Shown piece after piece: positions 11,955-25,759 of a DNA stretch of 64,000 nt. Both the position numbers and the translations under genes were made by a program. Under the pieces are notes generated by a model. The model had not been told where the DNA came from, did no database searches, and saw only the letters and a list, made by a program, of their open reading frames with translations. Origin of the DNA: Dicyema japonicum (taxonomy: Eukaryota > Animalia > Dicyemida); contig RDEW01000027.1 in the NCBI GenBank assembly GCA_011109175.1, positions 796,511-860,510 on the forward strand, read 5' to 3'. The stretch's first letter is position 1; each line of letters begins with the position of its first letter.

Positions 11955-13396
11955 ATGTCTACAAAGTGGTATTGGAATGAAGAAACTGAAAGCATCGAAT
12001 TTCACCAGTTTGGGAATATAATTCAAGTTAGGGAGAAAACAATTCGACGGAGAAAATTGAGCGTTGGTTAAATTCAAAGAAGACGGGCTCTCCGCAGGTT
12101 TCATTTTAGATAATAACAAAGATAGATTGATCATGCAGCGAGAACAAGTCAACCTCCAAAACAGTGACGTTAACAAGAAGTCTCCAGAATCTTTTGTGAC
12201 TCTTCAAATGATAGAAGGTCAGTTGTTTTACTACTTAGATGTGGCAATGCGACTTCTTGCGATCGTTATCACAATCATAAACGAATTTGTGACCCTAGCT
12301 GAGTTGGAGATCAAAATAATTTTTTAGGTCCAAGTATTTCTACGTATTTCACAGAGCTTGTCTCCACTATTTTGACTGCTTCTTCCTCAAGATACAGAAG
12401 GAAACCAGTCTGGATCAGTCCTTTATGTAAAATTAAGTTACTTACTCTAACCAGCGATATTAGCTCCAAAGAAAAGAAAGAGATGGCAGATCTTACCCAG
12501 AAATTGAAAAAGTCTGAAAAGATCCTCGGACATAGTTATTTTCCTCTACTTTTGGGACGAGGATACGAATCTCTCCACCACATGCAGTCCGGCTGGTCTT
12601 TGATTATATAATCTCTATAAAGGACTCAATATTCATCAATTGGTCGTGATCAACACTTATTTGAGGTAAATGGGGTTTTCACCTTCAGAGCCTCCATAGC
12701 TACGTCTGCTACGCCATTTGTGTAACGAACAAACGTGTGGGCTTTGATATGATCCAAAGCGAGATTGGGAGGTTTTGAGCATGCTTACCAAAGACTTCTG
12801 AAGACAGATATCTTCAACCCCCACACGATTGAAAGAAGGAGAAGCAAAAGTTTGGCGGTTGATTTACCAAGATGAGGGAGAAAGACTAAGCGAAGAAGTC
12901 GGACAGATGCTGTCCAAGTCATCAAAGGTGGCGACCAGTCATATCTCGTAGTTGAGAGACTGATCTTTAGGAAATCTTCTCATCGATTGAATGTCATCAG
13001 GTAACACAGGTAATTTATGACAGAATTAATTCTCCTGCCTTGGGCTCAGCCTTGTTTACTGAATTGAATGGTTGAAATCTCTTTATAAACATTCTTAGAA
13101 GTTGAGGACATTTAGGATTTCGAGAATGAGGAGGACATCTACGATATGATAAAAAGTCGTTATGGTGTTGACCTCCAAGCCCTTCAGTAATTTAATTGTC
13201 CTAATCTAAAGAGTTGGAATTCTTGGGATGCCACTCAGTCTCTTCAACTTGATGACACTCACGGAAAAACGACCTGACGACAACGTCTCCAGACAGAACA
13301 CGTGTTATTAATTTTAATTGTAGTGACGAGGAACTGGGAGAAGATGAAAAGTTTGAGAAAATACGGAAGAGTATTAATAGTATATCTCTTAACTAA
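11955..13396 (+). CDS. PPP1R36: Protein phosphatase 1 regulatory subunit 36-like (C14orf50), about 13 tiny introns
   Basis: Spliced: MSTKWYWNEETESIEF...FVTLQMIEDVA...LLLGRGYESLHHMQSG...RDQHLFESLHSY...IQSEIGRLLKTDIFN...VGILGMPLSLFNLMTL. One unresolved in-frame TAG at 13113-13115. Confidence 0.8.
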
Positions 13397-13462
13397 AAGT
13401 TTTATTAATAATTTATTAATAAAAAGTTAATTTTTAAAAATAACAAACTTTTTTAAAGTTTA

Positions 13463-13745
13463 GTCGTTTGCATAGTGGTTAGGTTACGGGTTCGAATCTC
13501 GCTGTCACCTGGTGGAAGGTTCCACGCATCTACGATGCAGAAAGGGTTTGACGAGTGACGCCCTCATCAGTGGATACTCACTGCGGAACTGGATTGTCTA
13601 GAAAGGACACTCACACAAGAAAAAGAAAAAAAGAAGTGAAGATAATTCCTTGGTTCTACGATTAGTTAAAATTAACTGTTCTTTACTTAAATAAAGTGTG
13701 TGTTCTGCCTATGCGGAGCTATAAATACTATGGCTCTCGTGAAAA
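13463..13745 (+). mobile_element. tRNA-derived SINE
   Basis: A-box-like TAGTGGTTAGG and B-box GGTTCGAATC head; body nearly identical to 63721-64000 and 31351-31605/33308-33333. Confidence 0.85.
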
Positions 13746-13809
13746 GGCTTTATTATTATTAAAGTTTCTTTAATAAAAAATTTGTTTAATATCTGACTCC
13801 GTGCTCCCA

Positions 13810-14500
13810 TGTCGTGCTATGTGGCTAGTTGGTTTCTAGAGCTATAAAAAAATAGTTCACTTACCAAGATGTGGAGGATGCTGCGAAATGTCAAAAATGC
13901 TGAAAACAATATCGAGGGAGACTGTGAACAGGTGGTGGATCTGAATAAATTTATCAAACATTGTGTGAGAATAAGCCACAAACCATTCCAAAAGATGGAC
14001 ATTCCCCCACATAAATAACCGAAAAGGAGGCACCCAACAATGTATGTTCTACCGGGAGATGTCGCTTTGGAGATCTATCGAACAAAGCACACAGATTCTT
14101 GTGGACCGTTATTATGTTGAAAAAGATGGGCACAGTGGGAGTATCATCACTAACATGAATCTTCAACTACTCAATCAACTTCAACTGTATTCCCGCTATA
14201 TGGAAACTTTCGAATATTCATCCAATACTGAAGCCTGGGAAACCAAGAGAGGACCCTGCTTCTTACAGGCCTTTTTCGCTCTTGTGCGTTCAGACAAGAA
14301 TCCTAGAAAGGATGATTATGACACTCACACAACATTCCTTCTCGGATGCCAGATTTCAGCATGGTTTTAAAGAGGGACGATCAACTATCACACACCTAAA
14401 TACATTAAAGAAGTTCATAACAGATGGCCTTACAACTTTATTAGCAAGGAAAAATTAAAGAGGGAGTTATTTGGCCTCATGCCGCAAGTCCTGCAAACGC
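13810..14500 (+). mobile_element. Degenerate LINE RT fragment
   Basis: IPAIWKLSNIHPILKPGKP...DPASYRPFSLLC...ILERMI. Confidence 0.6.
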
Positions 14501-16910
14501 TTGGACTCTTCTCTGCGCTGTCAGACCCCTCTTATCGTTTATTCTGTGCTGCAACATACGAGTCAATGATGGCATCCCTTTTCAGGTAGTTTACCATCCT
14601 TTTTTTCTGCTGCATCTTTTATCGACAATACTAGCAAATTTTCATCTTCATCTAGCTTCTTGTCGAGCCTTTTGTGTAAGGCAATCTTGATCCCTGCTCT
14701 CCTTGATTTTTCAAGAAGCAAGATAAAACGCTCTTGTATGCAGTGTAATACCATCCTTCCAGTCCATAAAGGAGTGATGGAATGATTGTACGTGAAAAAA
14801 TAAATAAAAACATTTCCGTTTCGAGTCTCAATTTCCTCATACACAATAACGCATGGTGGGCTTTCTTCCTTTTGAGTTTAAAATCGCACAATGTGCTCCC
14901 AAATTTCTCAAAACTGTTCCGAGATACTTCAGGGAGCTCACAATATTGATTCCGCATTTGGAGTCTTTCTGATTTACTTTACCATTCCGACCGAGGAACA
15001 TTATTGCACTATATTTTTCTTCTGACAGTTTTAACCCATGAAGACCACACCAGTCTTTTATCTCTTCCATGTACATATTGAGTCTCCTCTCTGAGATCGT
15101 GCTCGATCTCGACATATCAGACAGTAGCACGTCGTCTGCGTATATCGGAGATCTCGTACTCGGTGTAGACGGAGACAGGAAACCGGCCATTAAAACATTA
15201 AACAATATAGGCTCAAAATTGAATCCTTGTGGACTCCTCTCTTCAATAATATCATATTTGAAAAATAGCGTCCGCATCTAACATAAATTTTTTTCCTTCT
15301 AAATATACTTTCACCCAATTTACTAGTTCCTTTGGGCTCCCCGTCCGAGATAACTGATCGATTATGGCTCTGTGGTTAACACTGTCAAATTTATTTATTT
15401 ATTAACTTCGGATACACGAGAAAGAAGTTAAAGTAAACAACTAATTAAGTGTATCCAGTTTCCACTTCTACAGAAACAGAGTCCATCCGGAATCAGCATA
15501 AAAGGTAAAACGTCCATTACATGTAGTTGTGGAAACCCCTCCAGTGGAGTGGGGGAGAGCAAATGATCCTTTTTCGTGCCGGCCTGGCACTGAGCGTCAC
15601 CTTGACAGGTGGATCACATGACACCACTCTAATAGGAAGAGAGAAGAGGAAGAGACAAGCATGCAGAAAACTTCAACCGATTAACCACGCAGCACCACAT
15701 GGCGCCACGTGGCTCTTTATCAAACACTGTCAAATGGTTTTGATATGTCGAGACATATGACATTCAGGAGACATTTGGATTCTCTGGCTTTGCATAACCC
15801 GGAGTTGAGATGAAATAAGCAATCACCGGATGACCGTCCTGGCGAAAACCAAATTGTTCATTTCTGAAGTAATCTTTTTTTCCAGCTGATTGTAGGCCTC
15901 CAGAAGACAATTTTTTCCATGACTTTTGAGATCGACCTAATCAGGCTGATCGGACGGTAGCTATCAGGATCATTTTTCGGTCTTCCTGTCTTCGCCACCA
16001 TCCGTACAATCGTCTTCTTCCATTCCTGCGGAACATGGCCAGTTTTTATGCATGCGTTTAACATATCTTTTAGGACTTCGAATAAAATTTCCGGGCTTTT
16101 TGAACATCCTAGCTTTGATGAAATCACTGCCCGGAGCTTTATTCTTGATAGCTCTTATTGTTATCTTCAACTCTTCTAGAGAGATCTCTATAAATGCTGT
16201 TTTCTGACAATGGTTTGTAACAAGTCTTTTTTGCTATGACATCATCGTCCACATCAAATATCTTTTTAAGCTGTGTCTCAAAAACTAGAGGTATTTCTTC
16301 TTCAGCAAAGTAGGTGCCATCCGGTTTCTTGAGCACAATCTTGTTTGCGATTGACTCTGGGTTCCTCATCTTCTGAAACCTTCCAGAAAGAGTGATTGTG
16401 TTTGTTTAGCTTCCGTAGTTGAGAGTTCCACTTATTCTCATTCCAATTTTGAATTTTTCCGACAACTGCTATTGTAGTTCGCCAATTTTGTGAGACAAGG
16501 CTAAGCGGTCCTGTGGGTCTACGCATCTCCTCAGTTTAGTTCTTAGATTATTTTTTTCAACACAATTCTCTTGATGTGCCATGGAATAGAGACAACATTA
16601 TCGTTTCTTGAGTATATTTTTCTAGCAAAGTTATCCAGATAGTATAATATCAGATCCGTTACTCGTTTACTTGTTTTATCAATTCCAGACGAGTCTTGGC
16701 TCGGTATGCCCTAACATCAATTCCTTTGCATGATAGTGATCCTATAGTGATTCCAGTTTAGATTCTTGGTATCGTAGCCGACAAAGACTCCAGGTTCATT
16801 AATCATTTTCATATCCACGGATATTAGCAATAGAATGTGGTCACTGCCAATATCCGTAAGAGTAATTGGTATAGCAGGGGAAATCAAGAAGACACCAAGC
16901 TTGTCCATTC
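14500..16910 (-). mobile_element. Jockey/I-like LINE ORF2 (APE end + RT), interrupted by a younger insertion
   Basis: DIGSDH, KAPGSD, VPQEWKK...DSYRPISL...KVMEKIV, DISKPFDSVNH, PQG..PILFN, YADD, LKYLG. Confidence 0.85.
15391..15722 (-). mobile_element. 5'-truncated LINE with 13-bp TSD
   Basis: TSD AACACTGTCAAAT at 15378-15390 and 15723-15735; (TAAA)n tail; splits the host LINE's FDSVNH motif. Confidence 0.9.
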
Positions 16911-16914
16911 ATAA

Positions 16915-17930
16915 CAGATGGCCTTAACAAAAGATCAGAACAGAAAAAGACACTTGTATGCTCAATTGATATCCAGAAGTTATTTGACTCGGTTTCGAAG
17001 AAGATTGTCACGCACAAATTATATTCGTCAAACAATGACGCAAACCTAAAATTATGGTTGGGAAATTTCTTGAGTGGTCGACGAGGACGAGTACACTATG
17101 GCAATCGATGTTCCGCATCGAGACTTTCAGCAAATGACGTTCCCAGGGCTCCCATTGTCTCCCCTATTGTTCAACGTTATGATGGATGACTTGCCACTAC
17201 CTCAGGGGGACGATGACATATATTAACGCATGCTGATGATTGTAGTCATTGCCTCGAGGTATATAAGTATTGTGGAATCAACGAAGAAGAATACAAGACA
17301 TGAATAAATTAAGTTTATGGCTTTGGGAGAATCAATTGACTGCTAGCCCGAGAACTCGGTGTCGACCCTATTCACGACAAACAGAAGACTAGGGAAAGTA
17401 TCAATTGACGTCACACTGGATGGGAAGATTATCCCGCAAAACAAATACAAGAAAATCCTGGGAGTCACCTTGGACACCTTCTTAACCTTTATAAAACATG
17501 TCGAAAATATGTTATTGACTTCAACTTCCTGAAAGCGTTCTTGGGAAACCTAAGAGACATAAAAGATCTGAGTGGTCTGGATGTCATATACAAACAGTTA
17601 ATCAAGGCTACAATAGGATACGCATATAATATCTGGGAATCTAACCTTTCTGCAACGAAATTGGAGAAGATGTGCAACATTCAAGTAAAGGCAGCAAACC
17701 TACTAAAGGAATATTACCGAATGGAAATACTGCCTAAAAAACCTAGAAAATATGATAGAAGCAACTGGAGCAGTGCCTCTGCGAAGGACTCGGGTATGCG
17801 GACCCCGTCCATATCGGAAATGCTCAGGAACACCGAGAAAAGATGCGGAGACTGAAAAGGGAGGATGAGATCACCTGAATTTGTTTATTTTGGATATGAC
17901 GGTGGTTTTTTGGTTCTATAAAAAAATAAA
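16915..17930 (+). mobile_element. LINE ORF2 3' half (hairpin-tail family)
   Basis: LKLWLGNFLSGRRGRV, SPLLFN, KILGVTLD; ends GAGATCACC...GGTGGTTTT then an A-rich tail. Confidence 0.8.
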
Positions 17931-20751
17931 TGTGGTTAGTTGGTCAAAATTATTTTTCTTTCCTTCGATGGCGTCATTCGATCCACCTTACTAAGGAGAC
18001 GCCCAATGCCTGGCCGGCATCAAGAGGATCCAATTATTTTTTCCCCGGGGACAATGTTGTTTCCTGGAGGCAAGTTCTGGAAAGAGTCAAGATCAAGGAG
18101 TTAGGTTTAACTCATTTTTTATGTTTTTTTCGGGGTTAGATAACAATAAGGACATTCCTTGGCCTCTTTCCAACGACTAGTTAGCCTAACAATTCTTTAC
18201 TCCAATGCCTATGTGGACTATGGTTTTACTAAGTCATGTTTAATAGAATGACATAATTTTTTGTTATATTAAAATTTTTTGTTATCTGTTCATGATTAAC
18301 TAACATTTGAAGATAATGTCTAGAAATCAAAAGATACAAGATGTTGTTCCCGTCTGAAGCTTTTTACATTTAATGATATAAGTAAGGCCTGGTCGAAGAA
18401 GACACTCTGTGATGACCCGAGAAATATGATGTTTCTATCGACTGTCTACTGGAAACAAAGATTGCATGGAATCTCGACGGCTACCATGGATAATATTTAT
18501 TAAAATCATGTGGTTCATTATTCCAAAAATATCCAAGGTACTCAGAGTCCTGGGTCGTCCAAATGCCTTTCGTTTTTGAACATCAAAGTTGTAAATGTAA
18601 AGGAAGGGTATTTCCTATAGTGTGGACACAAAATGCGACAACTATGGTTCACTAATAGATGGAGAGGAGGGTTCGTATCAAAGTCTTCCATATCCACTGC
18701 AAAATTCTTTCTGAGCGATGTCCAAAGGAATGATACACGCTCTTTTCAATTTATTTCTTTTCAGACTTGGCGATTCCAACCGGCACAAGTACTTTGATTC
18801 TACTCTACGCAAATTTTTTTCAACAGCGATCGATGCTTGCAGAGAACCATTGGACATTCGCAGGATCTGTTTGATCGTTTAAGCAGATGGCAGTTTTCAA
18901 AAGTCAAAACCTTCAAAGTTTTCGACTCCTTTTTTGTATGACTCTATACGGAAGGACCGAACAAGGAGATGTAATGGAGGTCTTCTCACTTTAACTTGGA
19001 AGGTCTCAAATACGGAGATACCTTCTTGGAGGTGAAAAGACTTTGGGTGACAAAGTCAATGAGATTATTGGAATCACAAAAGGAATTTACACTGTAAACA
19101 TCTAAATTCCCCACATTGTTCATGTCCAAATAAATATTTAATGGTTGTTTTATCTTCCTTATCTGACCTGGAAGACGTTCTTATTTGCAGGGACATGAAT
19201 GAAAAATGCTCCTTGTAGCTATCAGTCCTCAGACACAAGGGGAAAATTATTTCTTTCACAGACGGTCACTGACAGTCACCAATGATTCTTTAAAAAGCAC
19301 CAGAACTTCCTACAGAGCGCCAGACAAACCAACCTCATCGGACATCACGCTCTGCTCCTCATCCTGTCTTCAATGAGTACTTGTCCAATCATTAACGCCA
19401 TACGAAGTGACTATTGCCCTATGCTATTAAAGATCAAAGAGAAACTTTGGTTGAGACAAAGAGTTCGTGACATTACATTCAAAATTTTCCGACTGAATAC
19501 ACTTCAGTTCATTTATTTCGGTGGTTTCATCTCCCTTGCTTCATCCTGGAAGCAATATCAATAATCGTGGCCAAACATGCCCAAAAATCTGGAAAAATTA
19601 ATCTTTTTGAAAATCATGGATATTCTACCACATCTACGGTTCTAATTATGGGGGTAACTTTCATAGCAAATCGAAAATTTCTGCCAAAATAGATCTACTG
19701 AAAGTCTCCCAGAACTATGGAATATCTGCAATGTTATGAAAACAGTAAATTGAGCAGTGCATTTCTTACGTATAAGCATCGGGAGGCCCATCCATCTTAG
19801 ACAAATGCCGAGAAGATCCCAGCTATGATGAAATAGGCATACAGAGTAACGGAACAGTTTATCACTGAAGAAAAAAGACTAAAATTTTAATTTGTTTATA
19901 CGATGTGACGTGCATGTTACACTATGCCCAGGCAGTTCTCTCATAGGCTTAAGGGAAGAACACCGAGCCATGCTGAGAGTTATAGTTCCTTCTTCAAGAT
20001 TTACTCAGTATATTTTTAATTACAAACTAATGACCAAGCTATTACATTTCTTGAGAAGATTTTCTCATGGTTGAGACTTTTACTGTCTTTAAGGGATTTA
20101 TTGGAGCAACTGGAAATTGTGACTGAGCACCTGAAAACCGCCTGTTTCATGCTTGTTAGAGATTGGGGTGCCTAACAGTGTTTAAAGTTGAAAGAAAATT
20201 CCTTCCGAAATCGCAATCCGTTTGTTGTAGAAAACCACCCGTATAACCTTGGATTCTACCTTAGGAGCTCAAAATCATTAAAGAAATCTGGGAACAGTGG
20301 CTTGACGCTGGTCCCGTAGCGACACCAAGCAAACTATTTACTAGTTATTTGATAAGGGAGGGTCTGTTAGCTACAAATTTATCTTGTGTTATGCACAGTC
20401 AAGTTTTTTTCTAGACTACCTGTCGTCCCTTCTCCCCCATACTATTCCATGACCAATCTCACTAATCGCAAAAGATACTTTCCACCACAACGCAAAACTT
20501 CGCACTCCTCTTCCGTGCCCCTTCCTAGGCATCCGGCATCAAAGATCGAAAGCTAACCACGTAACATCGAACACGTGCGATTTGTCGTTGCACCATAATT
20601 CAATGCTTAACTGCCCTCCTTCTATCAACCTATCCTACTGGTTATCGTCAACAAGAGTAACCACACAACTCCGAAATTCTAAAGGGGGTCACTACAATTC
20701 ACTATTTTAATATTCTAAAACTAGTCTTTATAAATCCAAAAGGGAGACAAA

Positions 20752-21557
20752 TTAATAGCCCACAGAACCCAATTTGGAGTTCGTTTTGGGGTCCGCAGTG
20801 AATTTTTGTATTTCGACGATAAGAGAATCAACCATAGTCTGCAGTTTCCTGAGTTCTCGAATATTCAAAAGCCGCAAAATAAAATAACACCTCGCCACGT
20901 CACTGTCTTCCAAATCTTCGATAATTCATAGATAATACCACTGTAAGGAGGTCGACTGATCATTTCCTCCAAGTCAAGTCGGTTTTGCGAGTCTCCACTA
21001 ATTTTCCCGGCGGAGTCTGAAAGTCTTCTTTGGATAGTAATTCGAATAGCTTTTAGCAAGTCGAGTTTATCAACTCCGGGACCGTTCACAATCGACATCA
21101 TCTGAGCCAGCAGACTCAATTTTTCTCCAAATTCCGCAGATTCGACTAAAACTCACATAAAATGAAAACAGTCCACGTTTATATCCTCAACATGGCCCTG
21201 GTTCCCCACTGAAACTAAATGAGAAAATTACATTTGTTCTTATATTCAACATGGACGGCAAGACCGAGGATTTTGTTCAAATTGATGTTCAAGTCGGAGT
21301 CAGGAAAAAGGCCATTAAGTGAAAGATACTTTAATTCATTAAAAAATTACCTTTTGGACAAATTCATCAGCATTTTGTATCCGCTCAATTTCATGTCTTC
21401 CTTCGTAGGAAAGAGTGTGTAGTATAAATTCGTCCAACCAAAGCAGAAGAGAACGTAAATTAGCAGCTATTAAGTAAGCATTCGTAAAAAAACCATTAAT
21501 TTGAAAATCATCGCAGTTTGGGTATTTTAATGCCTTCAGTTTCCTCGATAAATACAT
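20752..21557 (-). CDS. RTRAF: RNA transcription, translation and transport factor (C14orf166/CGI-99, tRNA ligase complex), 5 introns
   Basis: MYLSRKLKALKYPN...LRSLLLWLDE...ILGLAVHVEY...ILRLLNIRELRKLQTMVDSLIVEIQKFTADPKTNSKLGSVGY*, the RLL-motif C-terminus. Confidence 0.92.
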
Positions 21558-21644
21558 CACAAGACTTTTGAAAAATTTTATTCCAATTAGTATAATTAAA
21601 TTAATGATAAATAATTACTTCTCATTTAAATTATTAAAATTATT

Positions 21645-21782
21645 TGTCCCCCACGTACCGTGACTGTGTTGGGCCAAAAGTCCAACATCGGGAGAAGCTG
21701 AGAAAGCTCATCAGGATTGTCGGGATCACCTAATTAATTTCAAGAGATTAACTATTGGTGTTTTTGGGTTAATAATAATAAT
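21645..21782 (+). mobile_element. LINE extreme 3' fragment (sister of 36035-36172)
   Basis: Near-identical to the 3' end of the 34.3-36.2 kb element; GGGATCACC hairpin, (TAA)n tail. Confidence 0.8.
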
Positions 21783-21849
21783 ATTTGTGTTAAATTTGAT
21801 TATTTTTTTAAATCTTTTTTCTGATCACGAAAGGTTTTGACATCACCAT

Positions 21850-22830
21850 TCAGCCGGCTTTCTAAAGATGGATAGCCAATTTTCTCTCCGGAAGAAGAGG
21901 ACGTGTCTGTATAGGCCACGCAAGATCGAGGTCCCGTCTCCTACCAAATGGCGTCCATCAAAGATCGCCCATCTCTCCGGCGTTATTCAACTTATTTCTC
22001 AACTATTTACCCTGCCCTGGATGACCAGAATAAATGCTTCTCACTTTGCTGACGACCTAATCATCGCTTGCAGGAACAAATAAGTAAGTACAGCAAAATC
22101 AGAGCTTCAGTCACATATTAACGACCTGGGAGCCTGGTCGAAATTGAATCGTCTCTCCGTATCCAGGAATAAATCAACATATACAATCTTCACCACGACA
22201 GAAAAGAAAAACATACACTGATTTGAACATTATGGAGATTCTTTATCATACAGATTCGTCCTACTATCCTGGGACTGACATTTGACCTTTTGATGACATT
22301 TTCTCAACATGTGAAAAACGTTATGACAAAGAGTCTCAGGAAATTAAATATAATCAAACCGCTCTTAAAGTCCAGGCCGTCACGGAATGCGCTGTCGTCT
22401 TGTTCAATCAACTTTTAAAACCGACGGTAGTATCTTGTGCCTCATGGGCCTATGGAGCATCAATATCCAATTCATTCAAGATCAATTCCCTAATAGGCAA
22501 ACTGGCACGACTAACAAATCTACCCCGATCTTTCCCCCCAATACTTGACCACGCCGCAATCAAAAATAATGGCTCCGGCTTCATCGTCTGTGTGGCCAAG
22601 AAACAAGTCGTTTCTTCCATTCAAGGCTAGGCTCAAATACACGAAATTTGGGGAAAAACCCACCCTCTTCAAACTCTAATGAAAGATGATCGTCGTCTAT
22701 TCAGGAAAGCCGTGGGTACTCTGGAGGAACATAGGAAAAACCTCTCGATCCTGTTGAGGCGTACCGGGATCACTTAATTAGTTGGTTTACTCCTTCTTTC
22801 TTGGTGTTCTTTTCGGGGTTATTAAATAAA
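21850..22830 (+). mobile_element. LINE ORF2 3' half (hairpin-tail family)
   Basis: LSPALFNLF, FADDL, ILGLTFD, FRKAVGTLEEHRK...GIT*. Confidence 0.8.
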
Positions 22831-24439
22831 TCACGTAAGAACTGTATTAGTCTTAGTAGATATCGAGAAGGCTTTCAATTTAGTGTCCCGTAAGATTCTA
22901 GCCGCAGAAATCTTCATGACGTCTATCCATCGCAAACCCAAGTTATATTTGGCTAACTTCATCGACGGTCGACATGCTCCGTACAAGAGACATTAAACCT
23001 AATGGGTCCTTAGTTCTTAAAAAACCGCGAAAAAGTCTTACCAGGTAATTCACGTGCTATGATATTTACCTCTTCACGAAAAGAGACAGAGATAACGGGA
23101 GCTGTAGATTTATATGATTCCCCGATCACCATTAAGAGGACCTTCTCTATCTTAGGAGTCACCATCTTCTTCCTACTATCGTTCACATCAATTCCATGTT
23201 GAAAAGATTATTTTCCACATTGAATGACATATCATCGTCTCTGTATTGAGTGAAATAGACTTCATAATATAGGATGGCCCAGTGCTGTAGTAAACACTTC
23301 TCGAATTGATGGTATTATAAGTTCTCCCAAATGTGTTCGAGGAAACCTTCCCCTTTGTTAATCAAATAAATTTAAAAAAATTCTGATCAAAGAAATCTAG
23401 GAACGGTAGTTTTGTCCCGTAACCACTAGCAAACAAACAAGTTATTAGTAAAGGAGAGATGTGCGGTTTGTTAACCAAAAATGTATGCTTTTTACTCCAC
23501 AAACAGGTGACCTCACATTTTTGGAGCTTCCACATGAAGGGATCATGAGTAAATAATATATTTTTCAACCACTATGAAAATCATTCGAATATGAGGGACT
23601 TTCGATTGCTCATTATTTCTGATAATGAAACAAGGCCGAAGAACCATAAAGGAAACCAAAAACCTATATTGAAGACTACCACATAATACTTTTTATATGT
23701 TGCTGGTTTAATGACACGTGCCATTACGGTTACACTAAAATAAACGTCACAGTACTTGACCCAATTAAAGACAAAAATTAAAAGTTAGATTTGCAGGGAA
23801 ATGGCCTCAATTAGCCAGTTCCTTTCTTTTCAATCATTTTTCATCTTCGCAATGAGTCATCAGATTCTGTTTAACAGGGCACTTAAAAATGCTTTAAAAA
23901 TGTTAGATACAACTGCAAGAATAACGGACTTTTAAAATCTACTCCTTTTGACAGGAATTCAAAGCTTACAATAGTCCACTGTAACTTGACCATAATCAGC
24001 CAACCTTCTAACTACTCAAATCCGCTAAGAACAGACATACTCTTAGGACCTTTAATAACGTCTTTGAACTTTTCCCCACAAAAAAAACAAAATCTGGAAG
24101 TAACGAATTCACGAATTTCTGCCCCCAGGTGACGAACCATTGTGGACAGCAAAATGCCGAGCTCAGATCTTCTGAGCTCAAGAATGGAATTTTCTGATTA
24201 GGCGTGCATTCATTTTAGAGTGGATCTTTAACCACCAGAAATCCCAATGAACACATAAGATCTCTTGTAATGACCTGACTAGGACTCCCTACATGCGAAT
24301 TTAGCTCGGGTCACTGACCTAACTATTTCCTCAGTGTACTCTACAAATCTTACTAGACAGAAAATATCTACTAAAACAAATTATAAAAATGAAAACAAAT
24401 GAAAGCAATATAATTAACATTTAAAAGTGAATAAATCGA

Positions 24440-25590
24440 TCACTGAAAAGACTTGGAGAACGCCATCATCCAAATACAAAGCTGAGCCCGCTACCAATAA
24501 AACAACTACACAACCATATTACTATCAAAGTCCCCTCTTATTGCTACAACCAGGGACTTGCCAGATCTATCACTCTTCACTTTTATCTCAGTCTTCGATT
24601 CGTCCTCAATTTTGTACAATATTTGATCACTTAACGCTTGATTGGCCGAAATGGGGACAGTCATCTCACTCCAATAAAATTTCTGAAAGGCCTTCTGTCT
24701 CAGCCACTCAAAAATAATAAACTGAGCCTTCCATTGATTCTCCAGAGGTCCTTCAACTGTCAAAAACGGATTCCCCCGTTCGTCAGGAGGTGAAAGCTAA
24801 AAGTCACATAAAGTAATAAAACTTTAATTTGAGCCCCGATCTCTTAAGAATTGCGTCGACAACATCCTGATAGGGGAGACCGACTTTTAAAGGAAGGATT
24901 ATTTTGGCAGACACGGAGGAGGAAAGAAGGTATTTCAAATTAGCATTAATCACGTTCTTCGAAGTATTAAGCTGCTTGACTTTATCCGAAATCTTCAAAA
25001 TCAAACCCACGAGGTCAGTCAAGCTTGTGACTGTCACTAAAATGCAGGAATCAGGGCCCACTCTCATTCTAAAGAATAAAAACACCCAGACTAACCTAAT
25101 CAGCTTAATTTTTGATCCAACAAAAGGTTCGAGTAGTTTTGGAACATTTTCCATCTTTCCAATGCCTCCCAAAAGTTTGGAGAGAACTTTGTTGGGAATC
25201 AAGACCTTCCCCCAAAACAGAGTCTCTCCGTTTCCAAAAAGGTACTCGAATATACGGATCAGGGTATTTCCACAATTATCTGCTTCACCGACAACCTCGA
25301 CTGACTTAATTTACGAATTATAAACCTACTCTTTCATAGGTGTTGCATTGAGTCAGCATTTTTAGAGAGACATTGTTCGATTCTATCCCCTCAGCAAAAT
25401 ACTCCCCATCTTGACCTGCAAAACAACTTCCATCAACTGGAAGCACCAGTCTTGAAGTGTTATACTAATTTGTACCTCACGACAATATTCTGTTCATCCA
25501 CCGAATTCTGTACTATGGGTCTCTCTTCCTTTTGCCTAAAATTGTTCATTGATAATCATACACAAGTCGTCTAGTATATGGTAACGCCAT
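24440..25590 (-). CDS. Divergent IGF2BP/Imp (VICKZ)-like multi-KH RNA-binding protein
   Basis: Spliced: SVEVVGEADNCGNTLIRIFEYL, LIPNKVLSKLLG, SG(A)QIKLSPPDE...LTVEGPLENQWKAQFIIFEWL, VAIRGDFDSNMRAQ, resembling Imp KH1-KH4 flanks. One 1-nt frame problem at 24834-24837. Confidence 0.7.
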
Positions 25591-25759
25591 TCAAAGTCAA
25601 TTAAATAAATTTTATTAAATTATTAAAACATATATTTCGTTTAATTAAATAATTTTTTAATAAATAGTTAACTTGATAAATTTAGTTAACTTTTTAATTT
25701 ATTTTTTTCACATCAGACAAGAGACTGACAAACGGACGATCGATTTAAAAACAAAAAAT

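Noticed and set aside
12032-12097. Frameshift in PPP1R36 exon 2
   Set aside because: Resolved by a canonical 31-nt intron at 12067-12097.
13113-13115. TAG reassigned to a sense codon genome-wide
   Set aside because: CFAP91 ends in TAG, and no other spliced exon in eight genes needs an in-frame TAG, TAA or TGA.
13545-13575. Hammerhead ribozyme in the SINE antisense strand (CTGATGA)
   Set aside because: No GAAA after stem II and no NUH cleavage triplet in position.
23540-24360. Additional gene downstream of the Imp-like gene
   Set aside because: No consistent spliced frame or recognisable motif could be built.
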